A DNA stretch of 64,000 nucleotides, taken from assembly GCA_963666275.2 (NCBI GenBank), contig CAXXOA010000001.1:2176001-2240000 (forward strand), given 5' to 3'. A program made the translations under genes and the position numbers. The stretch's first letter is position 1, and the number at the start of each line of letters is the position of its first letter. The notes under the pieces were generated by a model, which saw only the letters and a list, made by a program, of their open reading frames with translations, had not been told where the DNA came from and made no database searches. Shown here piece by piece: positions 10,306 to 19,625 of this stretch. This DNA comes from Oceanispirochaeta sp. (GTDB taxonomy: Bacteria > Spirochaetota > Spirochaetia > DSM-2461).

Positions 10306-10835
10306 CTTTCTACCCTCTTGATATCTTCAACAATATTATGAACATCAATAGCAGTATATTTTTTTCTTTGGCTTACACTTCCCCCGGCATGCCCCACCGA
10401 ATGACTCTGCGTCTTGGCCAGCATCCTCTGCTCTCCATACTCACCCTGCCCCAAGGCCTGCTTATCCGCCTCATAGTTCGCATTAATCCGGTCCATCCGA
10501 TCCATCTGCCCCGGCATCTCCTGCCTGCCGAACTGAGGCGGCATAAAGCCCTGCCCTCCGGCAGGCTGCCCCATAAAAGGAGACGATCCGGAAGCAGCCC
10601 CCCGGCTCATTCCACCCGGATGGGACAAGGTCTCAGGGTTCCAGACAGAACCAGCCTCATTCTGCCTGACGGCTTTTACCCCAGCCGGTTTCCCATTGCT
10701 AAATGGAATCGTATTCCCTTGTCCTGAGAGTCCGGGAGTGTTTGGCTGTCCCACTACCAGCTTGGGCGAAGGGGTAAAACTTTTTCGGGAAAGTGAACCT
10801 CTTTTTTTTGGCAAAATCCCCGCAAGATGTTTCAA
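10302..10835 (-). pseudogene. 3' fragment of the tape-measure-like gene (repeat copy 3) with an alternative C-terminal tip
   Basis: QPNTPGLSGQG...HSVGHAGG matches the C-terminus of the 1087-aa protein; DNA 10381-10750 matches 16214-16583. Confidence 0.8.
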
Positions 10836-11013
10836 GTATGGGGGTAATCCTCCTGTTAACCGATCATTTGAATATTTTTAATTGCGGGGTCGGGCTATAC
10901 GTTTCAATTCGCTTAATCGGTACGCTTTTCGGACTACCTCCGGGCCGCCCTGCGTACCTGGCTCATTTTCACTACTATCCCTTTTTAGTGTTAATTTTTT
11001 ATTTACCTGAAAA

Positions 11014-11178
11014 TTACTTCTGACTAAGAAAAGCTCTGATACTGGATTCAAAATCAGGTAATTCCCATTTTATCGCCATGTCTAAAGGAGTTTCTCCATT
11101 ATTATTTTCTTTCTTAGAGAAAAGATTATCCTCTACTAGATATTGGAGTATTTCATTGTTTTCATAGCCTACGGCAAA
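11014..11178 (-). pseudogene. Ankyrin-repeat gene remnant (3' end only)
   Basis: Hand translation FAVGYENNEILQYLVEDNLFSKKENNNGETPLDMAIKWELPDFESSIRAFLSQK*; no start codon ahead of the repeat. Confidence 0.65.
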
Positions 11179-11951
11179 CCTGCAACATATACAACATATT
11201 TTGCAGGATAGTAATTACCAGTAGACCCAACTCTAAAAAATTCGGTCCGATCATTATTGATTTTGTAAGCAGAGACAGCAACTGAATACAGTCCTTCAGC
11301 TATTATCGATTCTGTAATCATCAATTGATCACTTTCAACATTTCCCAGAATATCGTCATAATCAGTAAAACCCACAAATAGAGAATCTGGTAAACTAATG
11401 CGATTATCCTTTATCCCAATAATTGAAAAACTCTTATTGTTGTCCACTGATTTAAAAAACAAACTATAAAAGTCTACATTAGGAATATTATTAGTCCATA
11501 CAATTTCCAAGTTAGCGGAATCATTACGTTCCGTAGGATAATCAGTAAGCTCTATCTCATTATATATAAAAATAGTATTTGTCTCTATTTTATGTTTAGA
11601 AATAATAAAACTATCAAAACTTCCATATATAATTTTGGGTGAAGTAAGAGTATTTTCTGGATGTGAATATTGCCAGATTGGAAAATCTGGAGAAACATCA
11701 ATAGTTAAATCTATTATATCATTTTCATCTATTTTGACAGAAAAGCTATTGTTTTTATCCGTCTTTACATCGCACCCAGAGAATCCTTGTGAATTCTTTA
11801 CTCTGTATGAAATATGCAATGGGAAATCTTCAACATTTCCATAAGTTTCTACAGTCCCTTTGACAGTTGTGAAATTGCAACTTAGTAATATTAGAGGGAA
11901 TAATACAAATAAATATTTTTTCATATTAAAATCAAACTTGTCATTCTTCAT
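11169..11951 (-). CDS. Lipoprotein, putative immunity for effector 2
   Basis: MKKYLFVLFPLILLSC lipobox; overlaps the effector stop; AT-rich. Confidence 0.6.
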   Translation of the reverse strand: MKNDKFDFNMKKYLFVLFPLILLSCNFTTVKGTVETYGNVEDFPLHISYRVKNSQGFSGCDVKTDKNNSFSVKIDENDIIDLTIDVSPDFPIWQYSHPENTLTSPKIIYGSFDSFIISKHKIETNTIFIYNEIELTDYPTERNDSANLEIVWTNNIPNVDFYSLFFKSVDNNKSFSIIGIKDNRISLPDSLFVGFTDYDDILGNVESDQLMITESIIAEGLYSVAVSAYKINNDRTEFFRVGSTGNYYPAKYVVYVAGLP

Positions 11952-12751
11952 TTTATAGACGGCGCAGCCCCAGAGATTGCGTCAACTCCTTGATATGGAA
12001 AGATAATTTTTTTCAGTTCATCTTTTGATAATATTTCAGTCAAAGCATCCGCCATTAAATCATGATCATTAAATAATAATCTTTTTGCAATTTCGCTATC
12101 TGTAATCCTAGTCCATTCAAAATCTGGTTGATTCAAAGCGGCACCTTCTCCATCCCCTGGTAAATATTGTTCAAGAGTCCAACCTGTTATAGCGGTTTTG
12201 TTTCTATTAGAATATACTGTAATTCTTAACTGCCCCCATCCACCTTCTATTGCATCGGTAATACTGTGAGCTTTTGTACCAGCTCCAGAGTCATCAATAC
12301 CAACAGGTAAGCATCCTTCAATTACCCGTGCAATGACTGGATATTCTGATTCTATTACTTCAGAAGGGAACTGGAGCCTTGTATTATTATTTGAAATATT
12401 TTGGTGCCTAACATATGGATTCCCATATGAATCATTAAAATATTGTATTAACCCTTTTGTTGGTAAATCGCGCATAGAAACATCGCAAGGATTTGATAAC
12501 TTTAAGTAATTTGATTGAGCTGGATTAATACCAATAAGATGTAACCAATACACACAAACTTTCTGAATCTCATTTAATTCATGATTTCCATATTTAGAGA
12601 ATTCTTCGAAGAAATCATTAAAATTGAAATTCTTGAGCTTACCTTTTAACTCTTTATTATTCGGGTTCTCTTCTTGCCCTCCAAAAATTTCCAAAATGGA
12701 TCTATATGTTGATTTGGCAAGGTCTTTAATCTCATTTTCTTGATTCCCCAT
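11948..12751 (-). CDS. Putative CIS effector 2: shared N-terminal domain plus unrecognised C-terminal domain
   Basis: N-terminal ~80 aa align with effectors 1 and 3; same position in the cassette. Confidence 0.65.
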   Translation of the reverse strand: MGNQENEIKDLAKSTYRSILEIFGGQEENPNNKELKGKLKNFNFNDFFEEFSKYGNHELNEIQKVCVYWLHLIGINPAQSNYLKLSNPCDVSMRDLPTKGLIQYFNDSYGNPYVRHQNISNNNTRLQFPSEVIESEYPVIARVIEGCLPVGIDDSGAGTKAHSITDAIEGGWGQLRITVYSNRNKTAITGWTLEQYLPGDGEGAALNQPDFEWTRITDSEIAKRLLFNDHDLMADALTEILSKDELKKIIFPYQGVDAISGAAPSIK

Positions 12752-12802
12752 TATATCTCCTTGTAAATATCGTAGACAGTCTGTTGGTGGGATGGATAAA
12801 AC

Positions 12803-13606
12803 CTAGCTTTTAAAGATCTTCATCATTTTATTTATGACTTCAGTTTTCTCTTCATCAGAACTGTACATCATAGATGTCTGAAATTGGTCTTCAAGTTTTT
12901 CCTTTATGATCTTTAATGAGCTTTTATAGTCTTTTTCTGACAATTCATGGACTCTTCCGGATTGACTTACATAGCGATATGTCAAAGGTTCATTGTGAGA
13001 AGAGAAATCTGCCAAGTCTTTATCAATAATATCCAGTCCATTCGTCAAATCCTGATCTTTAAAGATAAGATCCTTCTGTTTTTGGAGATCAAACAGTTCT
13101 CTATTCTCAGTATCGATATCTGATAAACCTTCCTGACTATTGGCCTGTTTTTCTGCCTTATCGATATCTTCTTTATATATGTGACGATCCTGTCTACGAT
13201 GCTGCTCAACATGTTCAGCTTCATGCATCAGCAATTGTCTGCCGTATTCAGTATCCGGAGAAAAGCTTCCGGATGAAAAATATATATTCTCACCCATTGT
13301 CAATGCATCTGCACCAGCCTTGTGAGTGATCTCCTCGGCAAAAGGACCTGTATGGATTTTCACATGAGACAGATCACTTCCATAACGGATGAGAATCTCA
13401 TTTATCAAAGAGCTATCAAGCGCATGTATTCGGTCTAATCGCTCTTTTTTCATTTCATAGAGACTTATCAAACCTTCAGTTCTTAGCTCATTATCCGGAT
13501 TCTGCATTCTAGAGTTTTTGGTTGTTGCATCGCTAGATGGTAACAGATAATGCATGGTTACCAGTTCAAGAAGATTTATGAATTTTCCATAAGATTCTTG
13601 TCCCAT
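12803..13606 (-). CDS. DUF4157 domain protein, copy 2
   Basis: DLSHVKIHTG...AGADALTMGENIYF...LLMHEAEHVEQ. Confidence 0.9.
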   Translation of the reverse strand: MGQESYGKFINLLELVTMHYLLPSSDATTKNSRMQNPDNELRTEGLISLYEMKKERLDRIHALDSSLINEILIRYGSDLSHVKIHTGPFAEEITHKAGADALTMGENIYFSSGSFSPDTEYGRQLLMHEAEHVEQHRRQDRHIYKEDIDKAEKQANSQEGLSDIDTENRELFDLQKQKDLIFKDQDLTNGLDIIDKDLADFSSHNEPLTYRYVSQSGRVHELSEKDYKSSLKIIKEKLEDQFQTSMMYSSDEEKTEVINKMMKIFKS

Positions 13607-13607
13607 A

Positions 13608-13973
13608 TTATGACTCCCTGTTTAAATCATCCAAGACATCATAAATAAATACACTTTTAGTATTTAGTCTTCTTGATCCAGTTCCCTCAGCATGCCCCAC
13701 CGAATGACTCTGCGTCTTCGCCAGCATCCTCTGCTCCCCTTGCCCCAGTGCCATCTTATCCGCCTCATAATTCGCATTAATCCGGTCTATCCGGTTCATC
13801 TGCCCCGGTATCTCCTGCCTGTCGACCTGAGGCGGCACAAAACCCTGCCCAGCGGCAGGCTGCCCCATAAAAGGAGACGCCCCTGAACCAGCCCCCCGGC
13901 TCATTCCGCCCGGATGGGACAAAGTATTAGGATTCCAGACAGAACCAGCCTGATTCTGCCTGACAGCTTTTAC
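13608..13973 (-). pseudogene. 3' fragment of the tape-measure-like gene (repeat copy 2) with an alternative C-terminal tip
   Basis: DNA 13690-13973 matches 16220-16512 with a 9-bp deletion (GQGEQRM vs GQGEYGEQRM). Confidence 0.85.
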
Positions 13974-14016
13974 TGAGAATCATAAAATCCATATTAGTGG
14001 AGAATTCGAAGTGTTT

Positions 14017-14553
14017 TTATTTTAGCTCTGATAGTTGATCATGAAGAGAATGCCATCTATTATCTGCCAAGTCATGCTTATCAACCCATTGTAAAGTTTT
14101 TTGAATTGAAGCAATCTTCCAAAATGGATCTGAATAATCAAGTATTAATAAATCTCCGGTAGATTTGGATAAATAATATTTTCTAGAAAAGATTAATGAT
14201 TCTTTAGAAAAGATATAATCTTCGACATTTCCTAATGTCTCAAAATTTACAGTAACAACACAGATTTCCTCTTCTATTGGTTCCATTAAATTAATATTCA
14301 TTTTCATAGTTTCAATATTGGTTATTTTAAAATGACTAGTTACGACATGAATACTGTTTTTATCTCCTGGTGGAATAGCTATATCTGGGTGATAATAATC
14401 AACAACTGTATAATAATAATCAATGCCGGCTTCAAGCCTTTTATATATATGATTAGACACAATTTTTTCAGCCTGAAATTCCTCACCACTATAAGAGAAG
14501 AAATTAGTAAAAACTAAGAAAATCAAACCAAATAGTTTACTCTTAAAATACAT
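14017..14553 (-). CDS. Exported protein, putative immunity for the NlpC/P60-like effector
   Basis: Signal peptide MYFKSKLFGLIFLVFTNFFSYS; overlaps the effector stop. Confidence 0.6.
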   Translation of the reverse strand: MYFKSKLFGLIFLVFTNFFSYSGEEFQAEKIVSNHIYKRLEAGIDYYYTVVDYYHPDIAIPPGDKNSIHVVTSHFKITNIETMKMNINLMEPIEEEICVVTVNFETLGNVEDYIFSKESLIFSRKYYLSKSTGDLLILDYSDPFWKIASIQKTLQWVDKHDLADNRWHSLHDQLSELK

Positions 14554-15313
14554 TGCTTCTCCTTCTATAATATTCTATTGAAACTTCCGTATAATCTGTT
14601 CTGTTTTTATAATATGATTCTAAGTAATCAGATGTAAATCTTACCCCATTAGGATTATCATCAGAATGTAGTAATGCTCTACGGCCGGACTCTCCTGTTA
14701 TTATAGCTGCATGACCTTGTGTTTTTCCTGTTTTTGGATTTGTAGCACGCCAGACTTTTATATCTCCTGGTTGAGGCTCATCAACTTTCTCTAAATCAGG
14801 ATTATTTCCTATTTCGCCAGTTCTGTAGATTGAAGTATCATTTGCATATGCTATAAACTCAGAACAGTCAACTTTTATTGGTTTTTCAGGGACAATCATG
14901 GAACCATTATATTCCCCATCATAACCGGTTCCATAAGGAGTTCCTAATAATTTTTCACCCCTTTTTATTGGATTAATATTATCTATATCTTCAACAGGAA
15001 TATCAAAGACTTTTTTTTGCCCAGACTCTTCTCTTAAATATTGCAACAACTCTTTATGCATATTTACAGGATCAATTCTTAATATAGCCAACCATTTTTC
15101 ACAAACTGTATAAATACTCTTCAATTCATCTTTTCCATAGGAACTTGACTCTCTGATAAAATTATTCACATTGAAATGATTGATAAATCGTCCCAATTCA
15201 TTTCTGCTTTCTTGTGGAAAACTCCCGGGCCTTTTTCCTTCAAAAACATCTTTAATCGTGAAATAAGTAAATATTGCCAATGACCGGGTATCAAACTTTG
15301 TCAGTTCACTCAT
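14543..15313 (-). CDS. Putative CIS effector 1: shared N-terminal domain plus NlpC/P60 (CHAP-like) peptidoglycan hydrolase
   Basis: LGTPYG, VDCSEFIAYA (Cys), PQPGDIKVW, GHAAII (His), LLHS. Confidence 0.75.
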   Translation of the reverse strand: MSELTKFDTRSLAIFTYFTIKDVFEGKRPGSFPQESRNELGRFINHFNVNNFIRESSSYGKDELKSIYTVCEKWLAILRIDPVNMHKELLQYLREESGQKKVFDIPVEDIDNINPIKRGEKLLGTPYGTGYDGEYNGSMIVPEKPIKVDCSEFIAYANDTSIYRTGEIGNNPDLEKVDEPQPGDIKVWRATNPKTGKTQGHAAIITGESGRRALLHSDDNPNGVRFTSDYLESYYKNRTDYTEVSIEYYRRRSNVF

Positions 15314-16143
15314 TACAGGATTCTCCCATCAAATAACTTAACCAGATTATTTATAGTAGCGTTTCGTTGATCCTCACCACTGTATCGTATCTCATCTTCA
15401 AACTTTTCTTTCAGCCTGGAAAGAATCTCTTTCAAACAACTCTGATACTCTTCTTTCGTCAATTCATGAGTACGACCGGATAAACTATTATACCGATATA
15501 TTACAGGATCATTACTGGTCGTATACATTTCAAGATCCTGCTCTACCGCATCAAGTCCATCATTAAGATCCGTATTCTTAAATATCAAATCATTCTGTTT
15601 GAATCGTTCAAAAAGATCTATATCATCGAAATGACTGCCACTCAGACCCTCCTGATTGAGAGCCTCCAGCTCCGATTTTTCAAAATCTTCCCGGAATGTT
15701 AAGTTTTGGCCCTTTCGGAATTGATTTACATGCTCTAATTCATGCAGAAGCAGTTCTTTTCCCTTTTCCGTTTGAGGAGCAAAACTACCTGATGAGAAAT
15801 AGATATCATTCCCCATAGTTAAAGCCTCTGCACCTGTTTTATGTGTAATCTCTTCAGCATAAGGTCCAGTATGAATTTTCACATTTTCCAAGTCTAACCC
15901 ATATAAAAGATAAATGTTATTTATTAAAGAGACATCCAATGCGAAGACACGATCCAACCTATGTTTTTCCTGGACCTTTGCAGTGACCAAATTCTCAGTT
16001 CTTAATTCACGATTAGGATCAGGCATTTTAGGATGAAAACTTAATGCTTGTTCTGAAACACCGATATATGATCCGATAGCAAGTTCTACAGATGTAAGAA
16101 ACAGATTAAGACTGGAAAAAATTACTTCCCGTTGACCTCCCAT
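15313..16143 (-). CDS. DUF4157 domain protein, copy 1
   Basis: DLENVKIHTG...GAEALTMGNDIYF...LLLHELEHVNQ. Confidence 0.9.
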   Translation of the reverse strand: MGGQREVIFSSLNLFLTSVELAIGSYIGVSEQALSFHPKMPDPNRELRTENLVTAKVQEKHRLDRVFALDVSLINNIYLLYGLDLENVKIHTGPYAEEITHKTGAEALTMGNDIYFSSGSFAPQTEKGKELLLHELEHVNQFRKGQNLTFREDFEKSELEALNQEGLSGSHFDDIDLFERFKQNDLIFKNTDLNDGLDAVEQDLEMYTTSNDPVIYRYNSLSGRTHELTKEEYQSCLKEILSRLKEKFEDEIRYSGEDQRNATINNLVKLFDGRIL

Positions 16144-19100
16144 TTAAAACTCCCTCTGTAAATCCTCAATCACATCATCAATAAAAACAGTTCTATTTGT
16201 TTTTCTGATTTCACCCCCGGCATGCCCCACCGAATGACTCTGCGTCTTCGCCAGCATCCTCTGCTCTCCATACTCCCCCTGCCCCAGTGCCATCTTATCC
16301 GCCTCATAATTCGCATTAATCCGATCCATCCGATCCATCTGCCCCGGCATCTCCTGCCTGCCGAACTGAGGAGGCACAAAGCCCTGCCCACCAGCTGGCT
16401 GTCCCATAAAAGGAGTCGCCCCGGAAGCAGCCCCCCGGCTCATTCCTCCGGGATGGGACAAGGTATCAGGATTCCAGACAGAACCAGCCTGATTCTGCCT
16501 GACAGCTTTTACCGCAGCCGGTTTCCCATTCCTAAATGGAATAATATTCCCCTGTCCAGAGAGCCCGGGAGTGTTTGGCTGTCGCAATGTCAGCCGGGAC
16601 GGAGGTGTAAAATCTGTTGCGGAAACAGAACTACCTTTTACGGCTATTGCAGTTTTCTCTATGGGATTGGTTCCGGAGGGAATTGAACTTGTGGGACCGG
16701 AAGAAACTGAGGCTTCCGGAAATACCAGATTCTCCACCCGGGATCCAATAGCCTGGGATTTCAAAGCCTGAACGTGGTTCCTGGAAGGATTGATCCTATA
16801 CCCCAGGTTTCGATAGCCCTGACCACCGAAAGAAGCGGTTGCCATAGGGATCCGTTTGCTGACCCGGGGGATTCGGCTTATTGGCGCGGCTTTTTGCGGC
16901 GTCATACCGGACAAAAGAGAGGGAGCCGAAACTCCCTGACTTCCAACAGTACGGGTCATGGCCTGTTTTATAGGGCTCCGCATAGCGGAAGGAACGCCCT
17001 CCCACTGGCCGGAAGCTGCAGAAGCAATCAGAGGGATTAACTCCTCTCTCGGGAGAATCAATTCAGGTGTTACACCGCCCTCTTCATAAAAGGTATCTGC
17101 CACAGCCTGTATGACCTCACTCTGTTCAGGAACAAACGTGGTGATCGGAGGAATCACCATATTTGTTCCAGCTTTAATCTGGGACACACCAGAGACTTTT
17201 CCTGAGGCAATCATACTCTGCTGTTTTTCTATTGAGGATATACCGGAAGTACCCAGTTTACTCTCCAGCCGGTTTTTCAACAGATCAAACTCATCCCCGG
17301 TAAAAGCCTGCGACTCCCACTGTTTCACCGCCTCAGCGCTGACAGTTTCACTCAGCCCCGCCTTGCGGTAGACCGCCCTCACTTCTTCCAGCTGAGCCCG
17401 ACTCAAAGGACCGGCCCCCTCTGAGGGAACCGACAGAACAGCCAGAAGATCTCCCGTCAGGGGGAGGACTGTTTCGGGGAGGACAGCCGGCAGGGTCTCT
17501 TCGCTGGTGCCTCTTACAGAACCGCCCTTTTCCAGGACCAGTCCGGTTGAAACGTCCAGAGGTTTGTACAGGCTCTCACGGGGAACCGACTTCACCGGGG
17601 CGGCCATAAGGGCGGCGCTGTCCAGGACTATTCCCAGGGACTCTTCAAAATAGACCTCTTTGGAGGCTATATTCCCTGCATCGGGGCTCTTCCTGTTTAT
17701 GGCATCCACCGAACGGACCAGGTCGCCTACGGTCATCCCTGTACTCATCTGTACCGTCCGGTATTCAGCCAGAGCGGATGACAGCTTTTTGTTAAACCCC
17801 TTCCGGTCCACAGGGGGAATATTCAGTTTTCCGACGGTTTCTTTCAGAGAAGCAGCCTCTCCTTCGGTCAGCTTTGAAGCCGCAGAGGCTTTCTCCAGGT
17901 CTGCTGACTGAAAGAAATCAAATTCCTTTGGAGATCCTGCTTGTCCGAAGGGCTTTTTCCCCTGGCACAACTCTCCCAGAGACACTTTGCCGGTCAGAAC
18001 CGCATCGGACTGCTTCCCTGTTTTCCCCAGACCACTGTTCCAGGCTTCATCCAGAACAGCCGTATCATCCAGTGTCGTATCCTGCAGCAAAGGCAGAACC
18101 GCTGAGATAAAGGGCATCACATGACCCAGTTCTTCACCGGACACTTCTTCACCTTTCCTGTCCAGCCAGGCCTCCGCTTCGGGAGTCAGATCAGAGGCAA
18201 TGGCATCCCGGTCTTCTTTAATAAAAGGATTAAGAGGAAGCTCTATCACCTCCTCTCCCGCACTCAGAATCTCTCCGGCCTGCTTATTAGTTAGGCCGCT
18301 CTCTTTCAGCCGGGCAAAGGCTCCCAGAGTCAGACTGGCCGCTGCGGCCTCTTCCCGTTCACTGCGGTCAGCCTGAACCAAGTCTCGGGTCTCGGTGCTT
18401 CCTTCTTCCAGAATTTTCACACCCTTCCCCAACTTCTCCCGGTACACCTTTTTCACCTCATCCGGTGTTCCCTGGGGAAGGACGACTCCCACAGGGGAGG
18501 TTCCCTTCAGTTCAGCTTCCACCCTCTTCCAGGCGGCATCCGGATCGTTTTTTACAGCCCCGTAGAGCTCTCCCTCCAGGGTGTAGTAGTACTCTTCCTC
18601 TTCCTGTACCAGTAACAGAGCGGTATCAAATATAACCGGGCCGTCCAGGGTAGAGACCATCCGGATCTCCCTGGTTTGACCTTCCGGCTCGGCGGTAATG
18701 CCCCCTTGCCGGCCGCTTGTCTCATCCACCATAACCCAGTCGCCCTCTTTGTTCAGAGCGCCGAACCAGCCCTGTTTCTCCACCCGGTAGTTGGGGTCAT
18801 ACTTTTCCCGGTTCCAGTCAAAACCGCCTTTGTCACTGGTCCGGTCAAACCGGAGCCGGGCTTTTTCTTTGTTATAGGTTTCGCTGACGCTGCCGTCTCC
18901 ATAGAGGTAGATCCGGGATGAACCTGTTTCGGCGGCAGAGTTTTTCTTTATTCTATTCCGGCGCATTCCGGCGGGTTTCAGATCTTCCAGATTCCGGCCC
19001 AGGCTCTCCAGATGTTTTTCTGTTAACACAGTCATAGCCCCGGTGGTTCCGGCAAAACTCCAGAGCATCTGCTGGCTGCTGCGGTTCAAAAGCATATCTT

Positions 19101-19407
19101 TCCGGAAGGCATCGATCCGTTCGGAATCTCTTCTTCCTCCGGGGAAGAACTCATCGGGGTTGAAAAACACAGAGTCCTGTTCTGCCTGGCCGGAAGCCAC
19201 GAGCTGGGACTCTATACTGTGCCGGGCCTCTTCTTTCCGGGCCTCCCCTTCGGGGCCGTCCAGACTCAGACCTTCCTCATAGAGATCAAAGGCCTTCTGA
19301 ATCTCTTCGTCCTTCTTTGTATAAGAGTCCTTTGAAAAATAGCTCAGCAGTTCGTCAATCATATTTTCACCCCTTTGTTCCCGCTCAAAAACGATCCTCA
19401 CACTCAC
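16144..19407 (-). CDS. Large CIS protein in tape-measure position with a low-complexity C-terminus
   Basis: 1087 aa; directly follows the chaperone/DUF6760 pair, as tape-measure genes do; function is positional inference. Confidence 0.5.
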   Translation of the reverse strand: MSVRIVFEREQRGENMIDELLSYFSKDSYTKKDEEIQKAFDLYEEGLSLDGPEGEARKEEARHSIESQLVASGQAEQDSVFFNPDEFFPGGRRDSERIDAFRKDMLLNRSSQQMLWSFAGTTGAMTVLTEKHLESLGRNLEDLKPAGMRRNRIKKNSAAETGSSRIYLYGDGSVSETYNKEKARLRFDRTSDKGGFDWNREKYDPNYRVEKQGWFGALNKEGDWVMVDETSGRQGGITAEPEGQTREIRMVSTLDGPVIFDTALLLVQEEEEYYYTLEGELYGAVKNDPDAAWKRVEAELKGTSPVGVVLPQGTPDEVKKVYREKLGKGVKILEEGSTETRDLVQADRSEREEAAAASLTLGAFARLKESGLTNKQAGEILSAGEEVIELPLNPFIKEDRDAIASDLTPEAEAWLDRKGEEVSGEELGHVMPFISAVLPLLQDTTLDDTAVLDEAWNSGLGKTGKQSDAVLTGKVSLGELCQGKKPFGQAGSPKEFDFFQSADLEKASAASKLTEGEAASLKETVGKLNIPPVDRKGFNKKLSSALAEYRTVQMSTGMTVGDLVRSVDAINRKSPDAGNIASKEVYFEESLGIVLDSAALMAAPVKSVPRESLYKPLDVSTGLVLEKGGSVRGTSEETLPAVLPETVLPLTGDLLAVLSVPSEGAGPLSRAQLEEVRAVYRKAGLSETVSAEAVKQWESQAFTGDEFDLLKNRLESKLGTSGISSIEKQQSMIASGKVSGVSQIKAGTNMVIPPITTFVPEQSEVIQAVADTFYEEGGVTPELILPREELIPLIASAASGQWEGVPSAMRSPIKQAMTRTVGSQGVSAPSLLSGMTPQKAAPISRIPRVSKRIPMATASFGGQGYRNLGYRINPSRNHVQALKSQAIGSRVENLVFPEASVSSGPTSSIPSGTNPIEKTAIAVKGSSVSATDFTPPSRLTLRQPNTPGLSGQGNIIPFRNGKPAAVKAVRQNQAGSVWNPDTLSHPGGMSRGAASGATPFMGQPAGGQGFVPPQFGRQEMPGQMDRMDRINANYEADKMALGQGEYGEQRMLAKTQSHSVGHAGGEIRKTNRTVFIDDVIEDLQREF

Positions 19408-19415
19408 AAGGATCT

Positions 19416-19625
19416 CTATCTGGTTTGGTCTGCCCGAAGGGCTTCTACATAGTTCCTGGTATCAGAATTGATCCGGTTGTTGATCTTTTCCAGCTCAGCA
19501 AGCCAGCGCCGCCGTTCGTTCCGGCTCATATCCAGGACATCCCGTCGGCTCCAGTGAAAGTAGTAGGCCAGGTATGCCGTCTCCCCGTAAATATCTCCGG
19601 AAAGACGGCTTATACTTCCCCCGGG
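19416..19625 (-). CDS. DUF6760-like domain, probably the -1 frameshift extension of the tail chaperone
   Basis: YGETAYLAYYFHWSRRDVLDMSRNERRRWLAELEKIN; no start codon at the junction; lies in the -1 frame. Confidence 0.75.
   Translation of the reverse strand, partial: PGGSISRLSGDIYGETAYLAYYFHWSRRDVLDMSRNERRRWLAELEKINNRINSDTRNYVEALRADQTR

Noticed and set aside
6893..16910. CRISPR array or diversity-generating retroelement as the source of the repeats
   Set aside because: The repeats are hundreds of bp of coding sequence, there is no cas or reverse transcriptase gene, and the differences are not adenine-specific
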